Shown piece after piece: positions 38,184-46,051 of a stretch of 46,051 nucleotides of DNA (position 1 is the first letter of the stretch; each line of letters starts with the position of its first letter). Both the position numbers and the translations under genes were made by a program. Source of the DNA: Parasitella parasitica NRRL 2501 (Eukaryota > Fungi > Mucoromycota); assembly GCA_025201805.1 (NCBI GenBank), contig MU619294.1:30247-76297 (forward strand), written 5' to 3'. Under the pieces are notes generated by a model, which made no database searches, was not told the origin of the DNA, and was given only the letters and a program-made list of their open reading frames with translations.

Positions 38184-38225
38184 CAGTAGTAAAAGTAGAA
38201 GTAGTAGTAGCAATAGTAGCAGTAG

Positions 38226-38267
<42 letters not shown>

Positions 38268-39201
38268 CGGAAGTTACTCCATCTTCTTCGGGAGGCAAAT
38301 CAAGGACACCCCTTCTCTTTAGATCCTGCTGAATGTTTTCAATGTCTTTGACCAGGATATTTGTTACGCCGTTCGCTTTAAGGGCCTTTACGATAAAAGA
38401 GTTGCCCACATGCTCTCGCAGTAAGCGACGGACAACCAATAAATGTTCATCAGACAAGCATCTGTACATGGAATAAGTGCGAGGATCATCGGCAATAGGG
38501 TGGTTGTGCTCGCCGACACACTTGCGGACGATCCAGAAGCTGCCACGACAGCAGCGAGCGTAGATCATGCACGGACACCCAATTTTATGAGAGCTTCTGA
38601 TGCGAGGCTTGACGTTTTTACCTGGAACGGGTCTCTTGTTGTTTTTGCGATACTGCCCGCCGTGTTTGCATATCAGGTAGATCTTGGTCTTGTCAGACTT
38701 GCTCGTGGTCAAAGCGACATTGTGCTTTTTGCCATACTCAAACGCTTCGTTGCGGAGCTCGTCCAGGGTTTGGAACATTCGTCCTATGGCAAACTTTTCG
38801 TAGAACTCAGTGATGATGGCGCTGGACGGATCAAGCGTATTGCCAGTGATTTCAATGTTGCATTGACGATTGTTGTTCCTAAAATCTGCAGCGCCAAGAG
38901 CGGAAGGAGCAACGCTGCCGCCAGGATGAACAATCTGGTTGAGCATGGCAGCCCCCACATTCAGAAGCTCCGTGTTGTCAGTTATATTGGGATGGTTCAG
39001 TAACGGATGATGATGAGTGCCGGCCTCCATCAGGCTCTGCATCAGAGGCTGGCTGTTGACATCCATCAAAGTTTGCTGCGTATAGTCAATCGTCGTTCTT
39101 TGCTCCAGAGCGTTTGTTAGGTTGGTTGCTGCTTCGGAAAGCCCTGCCGCAGGCTGGCTATCCACTGCGGATATCATTTCGTTTTTGACTTGTTCGCTCA
39201 T
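37933..39201 (-). CDS. FAR1/AFT-type (WRKY-GCM1 fold) DNA-binding protein, MULE-derived, with no DDE domain
   Basis: FQTLDELRNEAFEYGKKHNVALTTSKSDKTKIYLICKHGGQY...SHKIGCPCMIYAR...WIVRKCVGEHNHP, then a helical KDIENI segment and a Thr/Ala low-complexity tail; uninterrupted ORF. Confidence 0.78.
38126..38268. repeat. Compound (GTA)n/(GCA)n trinucleotide repeat encoding poly-Thr/poly-Ala
   Basis: Read directly from the sequence. Confidence 0.9.
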
Positions 39202-39266
39202 AGTCGTCTGTCTATCGTTAGTTATATGGACACCCACTATACGCAATCAATGGGTAAAGGAAAAAA

Positions 39267-39416
39267 NNNNNNNNNNNNNNNNNNNNNNNNNNNNNNNNNN
39301 NNNNNNNNNNNNNNNNNNNNNNNNNNNNNNNNNNNNNNNNNNNNNNNNNNNNNNNNNNNNNNNNNNNNNNNNNNNNNNNNNNNNNNNNNNNNNNNNNNNN
39401 NNNNNNNNNNNNNNNN
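39267..39416. other. Assembly gap (N-run)
   Basis: Run of n. Confidence 0.99.
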
Positions 39417-39608
39417 ATCAATGCTGTAGACGACGACACAATAGTATACAATACTAATCCACATGTACAACCACTGAAAAGGCAGCTGTTGGATCAACAA
39501 AACCGGATGAAACGGCGTGAATAAACCAGCATATACATTTATATATATAAATATATATAAATATATACTATATCTCTTTTATTACATTTTGCTAGATTGT
39601 ACAAGTAT

Positions 39609-40986
39609 TCAATCTATTCTGTATTTCTTGGCTTCGTCGTTTCCTTTTCCTTCTTCCTCAGCAGTGGTTTGGTCAGCTTTTCGCTTTACTGAAGCAGACA
39701 GGTCGTTTACAGATTTGCGCTTCACGAGGGTCGATAAATCATTCACAGGCGTCGAAGCTGTCAACTCGGTCGGTGCTTTAATGAATCCAAACATGGCTTT
39801 CAGCATGGCTTTTGCTTCATTTTCAGTAGCTTGTCGAGTAGCAAGTTCCTCAATCTAGCCCCCCCCCCCCAAAAAAAAAAAAATCTCGGTTAGAAAGGCT
39901 TCAAAGTCGCCAAACAAGAACAGCCACTACCTTGAGCTCCATGTCAGGAATAAGCTCGTTAATGTCTTTGATCTCGTCCAAGACCGGCTGATCCAAGGCT
40001 GTTGCTGTTGCTTTTCCTTTTCCTTTCCCCTTCCCCTCGCCTGTCTCTAGGTTGGATATCCTCTTTTTCAGCACATCCACCGCCTTTTGAAGTTCTGGAA
40101 GCGCCTGATCTGCTCTTTCTGTGGAAAACTCCAAGGCCAACGCTAGCTTGTAATGCGCCTCTGCTAATTCTCGGTTATCGTCCTGTAACACCGCCTGCTT
40201 AATCTCGATGGCTTTCTCATAATCCGATAATGCGTCGTTGAATTTCTCTATGTGTGTTTGGCATCAGACAATTTCTCATGCTGGCCAATGTGAAAAGCAT
40301 CGCTACTGACCTGTTTCGAGAGACACATCGCCCAAGCACAAGTGAACGTCTGCCAAATTCAACTTGGACTTGTCATCCTCTCCCTTTTCAAAAATAACTC
40401 GAGCGACATCAAGAATATCCCAGGCTGTTTCAAAGTCTTCTTCGCCTGTATTTCCAGGCCCCTCCTCGTCGTCGCCATCCTCACTGTTGTCGCCCTCTTC
40501 TTCTTCTTCACCATCATCATCTTTGTCAACATCATTATCGCCAGTTTGCTTGAACTCGGGAACACCGCTTAATTGAAACAAAGGGTTCTTGGATTCAGCT
40601 GAGAACGCATAAATGCATGGTTTGTGTCAATCCTGTCGGGATTCTTACCTTCTTTTTCTTTTGCAATCTCCTGCCGTTGCTCGACTTTGGTAGCCGAGGC
40701 CTGAGCAGTCTGCCCAAGCACGGCGTTTTGCTGGATAGCATATTGGAGCAATGCTTGACCGTACAAGAAATAGGCATCACCGTTTGCAGGTGCAAGGTCG
40801 CCGTTGAGTTTGTCCCTACCAATAAACGTTACTTTGTATGCACCACAAGCGAAAAATAGCAGCTACTTGCAATAGTTGGCAGGCTTCCCCCAGCTTGGTG
40901 ACGCTGGATTCGTACTCGCCATTATTGAAAGCAAGCTTTCCTTGTTCAAACAAGGCTTGGGCAGTAGTCTCTGATGATTCTGACAT
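39609..40986 (-). CDS. NASP/Sim3/Hif1-family SHNi-TPR histone chaperone, multi-exon
   Basis: Interrupted TPR with acidic insert; DFETAWDILDVARVIF, LADVHLCLGDVSLETE, RELAEAHYKLALALE; C-terminal VNDLSTLVKRK NLS (present twice). Confidence 0.9.
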
Positions 40987-41259
40987 GATATGCGATTTAA
41001 AAAAAAAAGAACAGAAACTAGCCATGTCCTCAACACGGGTGATTTCTAGCGCGCGTCTTGTTTTGTTCCACAGTCCCAAAATGGTGTGTGCAGTGTGCAG
41101 AAATGATTTCTCATCAACTTTATAACTGTTTAGTAAGGCTTTATTTGTCAGATTCCACCGCTGTTATAAAATGGGACCAACTGAATTATTAATATTCAAC
41201 ATCTCTTCTTTTTTTCCTTTTCTTTCTTTCTTCCCTCTTCTCTCTCAGACCCTAAAACC

Positions 41260-41965
41260 ATGAATGCAAGCAGCACAATTAATCTTGACAGACCTCTCAT
41301 TGTCGGCCCCGAGAATCTCGAAGCACCTTATCCTATCTCTGTTTCCGGCACAGTTGTAAAGGGCTTTGGCCGCGGTTCCAAAGAATTGGGGATTCCTACA
41401 GGTAAATACCATTTTTTTTTAAAAAAAAAAAAGAGCGTACCAAACCGCTAGTTCTGACATGGATGGGTTTGCAGCAAACATGAACGAAGAAGCGCTTGAA
41501 AAGATGTTTAATGATTTCACCACCGGTGTTTATTACGGCTGGGCACAGGTTGGCGAAAAAGACACCGCCGTGTACCCTATGGTCATGAGTTTGGGATGGA
41601 ATCCTTATTATAAAAACGAAAAGAGATCTGCAGTAAGTGATATTTGTGTGTGGCATGAGCATCTTGACTCATGGACGTTTTTTCGCTACTAGGAGGTTCA
41701 CATTCTCCATAATTTCGAGTCTGACTTCTACGATGAAGCGATCAGAATTATTGTGACAGGATATATTCGTCCAGAGCAAAACTATCCTTCGCTCGGTAGG
41801 TTGGAGCAATTGATTCTGTGCTGTAAAATACTGACACTTGGATATACATTAGATGCTCTCATTTGTGACATCAAGACTGATATCGAAGTTGCAAAGCAAT
41901 CTCTGAAGCGCAAGGCTTACGCCGATCTTTGTCATGACAAGCTCTTTTATACAAAAGAAAATTAA
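41260..41965 (+). CDS. FMN1: Riboflavin kinase, 4 exons
   Basis: [54 protein letters not shown]. Confidence 0.95.
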
Positions 41966-42394
41966 CGTATAGATTACTTTATAGAGTTTTTGAAGGGTCC
42001 TTAGATATAGATTTGTATCATTTAGTTTTGATTGTTTTTTTTTTAATAATATTTCAGTTGTCTTATATCCATTCTAACAAACAAACTCTTTAATTTCGAA
42101 CATCAGAAAAAAAAAAAAAAAAGCCATTGTTATCTGGATACTCTCATCTTGGATTTATTCAGCGCGCATGTAATGATACTATTCAGCATGTCGATTTGAT
42201 GATGGTGTGCTTTGATATGTTCCCATCATAAAATCCTTTTATGGTGATTCATTATGCACGACTATTTTAGTGCGACAACCCTAAAGATGGTGATATCGGC
42301 TGCATTGAAACTCACCGAGATAAAGTTGAATGAAAAAAAAAAAGTTATAGCATTTTTCTTTTACTTAGTATTATTTCATCGACAATTCGCTACA

Positions 42395-45158
42395 ATGTGG
42401 AATTCAGTCATGAAAAACGTTGGTTTGTTGCCAACTGAAGACTACATCCAGCCTCGCTTATCCATTGGAAACGCAGTATCAGATCATGAGTTTTCTACGG
42501 GGTATTTCAAGATTCAAGTTGACGCTCAAGCAATGTGTTTGACAGTGAAAAATATCCATGGACGGATTATCTGGAAATGTAAGTTCATATCTTTGCTTTG
42601 CACAGACAACCCCCAAATCTTCCTGTCTAAATAAGCAAAAAATAGCGCTTCATAATTTACCTTTCCTCTCCACTTGTCTTGGCAAAGTCAGCGTCAGTCC
42701 GGGCGATAATGGTGTGTTCAAGGTAACTGAGCGCAATGAGAAGCCCTCCCGCCTTCAATCAATTACCAAGATTGAAAAAGAAAACGACACAACCGTCAAA
42801 ATCTTTGGTGGTCTTGGTACCAAGTTGGTGTTACCCACTCATCTGGATTATGTAATGACATTTAAACAAGTGTCTCGTCGTCAATTGCAGTTCACAGCAG
42901 AAATTACACATAGAGACCCTTCCATGGAAGACTATGATCGACTGATCTTAACCTATGAAAGCAGAGCAGAGGAGCACTTTTATGGATTTGGCGAGCAGTT
43001 CTCATACGCCTCTCTCAAAGGGCAAAAAGTGCCTATTCTTGTCAGGTAAAAGTATCCAGACGGTAGAGATAGCAATTCCATTCAACTCAATATATATAGT
43101 CAAGTATAGAGAGCAAGGGGCAGGACGTGGCGCACCCGCTGTAAGCATCAACAATAACATTTAACTCGCGAGAAACTAACTCTGGCTGTACAAACACAGG
43201 CTGCTTCTTTCAAGGAGTCTGCTCTAAGCATGCTGGGATCCTATGGCTCTGCTGATAATTTTGCCACCTACGCATCTGTTCCTCAGTACATTTCTAGCGA
43301 TATCCGATGTCTGTTTATGGAGAACTCAGAGTACATGAGTTTTGATATGACTGAGCTCGATCGCGTGTCCATCCGTCTAGAGTCTGACAGAATGCGAGGT
43401 ATGTACGTTATGATAATTAGGAGGGAGGGACAAAGAAAGGCTTACTCTATTTATGCGCACCTTTCTAAAGGTCGTATCTTGGACGGTATCACTATGCTCG
43501 ACTTGATAACGGAATACACATCGTTTGCTGGACGCATGCTCCCATTACCAGATTGGGTCTCTAACGGTGTCATTGCCGGCATACACGGCGGAAAGGAAAA
43601 GACCAGCAGTATTATTCAACGACTGCAGCAGAAAGAAATTCCCATTGCCGGCGTATTTTTACCAGATTGGACAGGAGTGCGCTTCCAAGATGCAGGCCGA
43701 GACGTGCGTTTTACTCGTAGCTGGTGGAACTGGGAGAGCGATGATGATCTTTACCCTCAGTGGGATGAATACGTACAAACTTTGGCCAATGACGAAGCAG
43801 GAAAGATCCGGGTCTTGGCCTATGTTAATCCACTTTTGACAGCACCCAACTTGAAGCCTAGCATCAAAAAGAATTTGTTTGCTGAAGCGCAAGAGAGGGG
43901 TTTCTTGGTAAGTTCCACTGAAAATCAGGCATTCTCCATCAAATGCGGCCTTGATCTCGAGGCGGGCATCTTGGATTTGACAAATCCCGAAGCACGTACA
44001 TGGTTCAAGGACATAATGAAAGAGCAAGTTTGGAAGTCTGGTATTTCTGGTAAATAATATATATATATAGTGATGCACACAAGCCGTAGCGATACAAGGC
44101 ACTTATATCTTGGTAGGTTTGATGGCTGATTTTGGAGAACATTTACCTTGCGATTCAAGCAAAATCACGCTGCACTCTCGCGAGAGCGCATCCACATATC
44201 ACAACCACTATCCTGAAGAATGGGCACAATTACATCAAGAGGTTGTCATGGAGATTGGCAAAGAAGACGAAGCGGTTTGTTTCTTCCGCTCAGGATATAC
44301 TCACTCACCAGGCCATATGAATTTGTTCTGGGCAGGCGACCAAACAGTTACTTGGGACCAACACTATGGCATCAAGAGCGCTGTAAGTCATTTTGTTTTG
44401 GTATCGAATGACCTTGAAGATGAACGAGTTTTATAGGTTACCGGTATGCTTTCTGGTGGGTTTAGTGGGTTTTCAGTCACCCACTGTGATGCAGGAGGGT
44501 TCAACACCGTTCCCAGTAGCATCCCAGGCGTCAGGATGACTCGTACAAGGGAGCTGCTCTTTAGGTGGTTGGAGCTAGCTGCATTTACCGCGGCATTTCG
44601 TACTGCTGAAGGCATCATTCCATCAGTGAATGCTCAGTTCTACGACGATGATGGTGCGTATCTACATGAGAGAAATCTTCTTGGTATTTACACTCTACAC
44701 TATTTTTTATTTTTTTTTTAGATTCGTATGCTCATCTAGCACATACTGTAAAGCTTTTCGTAGCAATTTCAGCTTACAGAAAGACTGTATTGAAAGAAGC
44801 TTATGAGAAGGGATGGCCGCTCTTGCGCCATCTAGTGCTTTACTATCCTAATGATAAAATTGCCCGTGAATTGACATACCAACAATTTTTGGTGGGCAGC
44901 TCCATGATGGTGGCACCTGTGCTTGCACCTTCAACAGCTTATGTCAAGGTGTATTTTCCAAAGGATGCGCAAAAGGTTTCCTGGCGCCATGTTTGGACAG
45001 GCAAGTACTATACAGGAGATGGTTCATACCACACCATCAGTGCTCCTCTTGGCCAACCGCCTATATTTATTAAAGAGCCACGAGGAGATGATGGGCTGCT
45101 CAACAGTTTACTTGATTATGCTACAACTTACTATCAGCAAAAGATGCAAGCCGTTTAA
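42395..45158 (+). CDS. GH31 glycoside hydrolase, YihQ/sulfoquinovosidase-like clade, multi-exon
   Basis: YGFGEQFS...KG, REQGAGR, WWNW, LAYVNP, DLTNPEAR.WFK, nucleophile motif MADFGEHLP, acid/base WAGDQ, RW.E.AAF, G.PLLRHL.L.YP. Confidence 0.88.
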
Positions 45159-45449
45159 AATAGATGGTTATTTATGAATTCTCAAAGTCTACAAAGTTTC
45201 CACCTCAAGCCGCTTCCAATAAAAATAAATCAAAATAAGATCAGAGTATGCATAGAAGGATTTTTGTAACTTTATTGATACAATATCTATGAAGGATATC
45301 ATAGAAAACTAGTACTGAGGTGATATATTTTATGATACATTAATTTGAGGGGGTACTTTTTGACGTAAAGTAGACTGGGATTTTCTAGTTATATAAAAGA
45401 ATCAACTTTATTGTTTGTTAATTTAAATGGCTTAATACAGTTGACGAAA

Positions 45450-45580
45450 CTAGGTTGGGCCAATGAAAATAAATTTTGGTCATTTCCAAATTGAGTTGGG
45501 ACACGATTACAAAATTACAAAAATGGGTCACCAATACGAAAATGGGACAACAAGATGAAAATGGGACATGAGTACGAACA
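45450..45580. repeat. Subterminal short direct repeats (AAAATGGGACA-like), putative transposon end downstream of Fanzor
   Basis: gttgggaca (~45495), aaaatgggtca (~45520), aaaatgggaca (~45539) and aaaatgggaca (~45558), spaced ~19-23 nt apart. Confidence 0.55.
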
Positions 45581-45644
45581 TGGAGATAATGTTAGTATCT
45601 TTCAGAAGAGTCAGAATTGTTACAGCTTCTTACCTGCAATATCT

Positions 45645-46051
45645 TTAAGTTGCTGACTCACCGGAGTGAGCAGCAACAACCACATTGGAGGTGGCGGTAT
45701 GTCTTTTGAAGACCTGGGGGCGGCCATTTCCACACCAAATTGATGTGGCAATGGTGAGCATGTTCTTCGAGGCCATGGCATCGCGATTCCAGTAAATATT
45801 GCAAGTTTTACACTTCAATACCTGATAGATTTTGGTTTCCTCGTTGTCATGGCTTACCTTGAAATTCTCCAGATCTTCTTTGAGACAGTTGTTGCAGATC
45901 TATGAATAATCGGTTTTAGCTGAAAGTGCAATATGTGAATTATGTGTGTTTTTTCCTTAATAACCTTCGATGTTTTGAACTCATTAATATCTACAAGTAA
46001 TAGTTCACCAATTCTTTCTCTTGCTTGTAGTTGCTTGTATATTTTGTTCGA
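45645..46051 (-). mobile_element. 3' end of a Fanzor (eukaryotic TnpB-like RNA-guided nuclease) gene, running off the window; exons <46051-45965 and 45899-45645
   Basis: Manual translation: ...LLLVDINEFKTSK|ICNNCL...VLKCKTCNIYWNRDAMASKNM...GNGRPQVFKR...*. This is RuvC-II E, a CxxC..CxxC zinc finger and RuvC-III NRD, with a 65-nt phase-0 GT-AG intron at 45900-45964. Confidence 0.88.

Noticed and set aside
37914-39003. Poly-Leu/poly-Val and antisense ORFs overlapping the FAR1-like gene
   Set aside because: Shadow frames of the trinucleotide repeat and of the real CDS.

Overview
Eukaryotic genomic DNA from a Mucorales fungus (Mucor/Parasitella-like): AT-rich, with many 50-75 nt GT-AG introns and two N-gaps. 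Housekeeping genes include an ANKRD16-like ankyrin protein, an HSL-family hydrolase, DBF4, an FCP1-like phosphatase, a cytochrome b5-acyl-CoA dehydrogenase fusion, an Mso1-like protein, CCP1, TTLL12, NASP/Sim3, riboflavin kinase and a GH31 hydrolase. They are interleaved with decayed transposons (Helitron helicase, L1-like ORF1 and ORF2, Tc1/mariner). Main points of interest: (1) a central tandem array (22.5-26.2 kb) of three divergent paralogues of a Zn-ribbon plus HNH nuclease family, sharing one intron position; two have intact active sites and one appears dead, and a C2H2 gene lies upstream; (2) an intron-containing Fanzor/TnpB 3' end at the right edge, missed by the ORF track, with a structured 3' region; (3) a nuclear, intron-containing bacterial-type RnpA; (4) an RNase H1-fold protein lacking all four catalytic acids; (5) a YihQ-like GH31 with an altered sulfonate pocket. 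All calls come from motif recognition by eye; no database searches were run.
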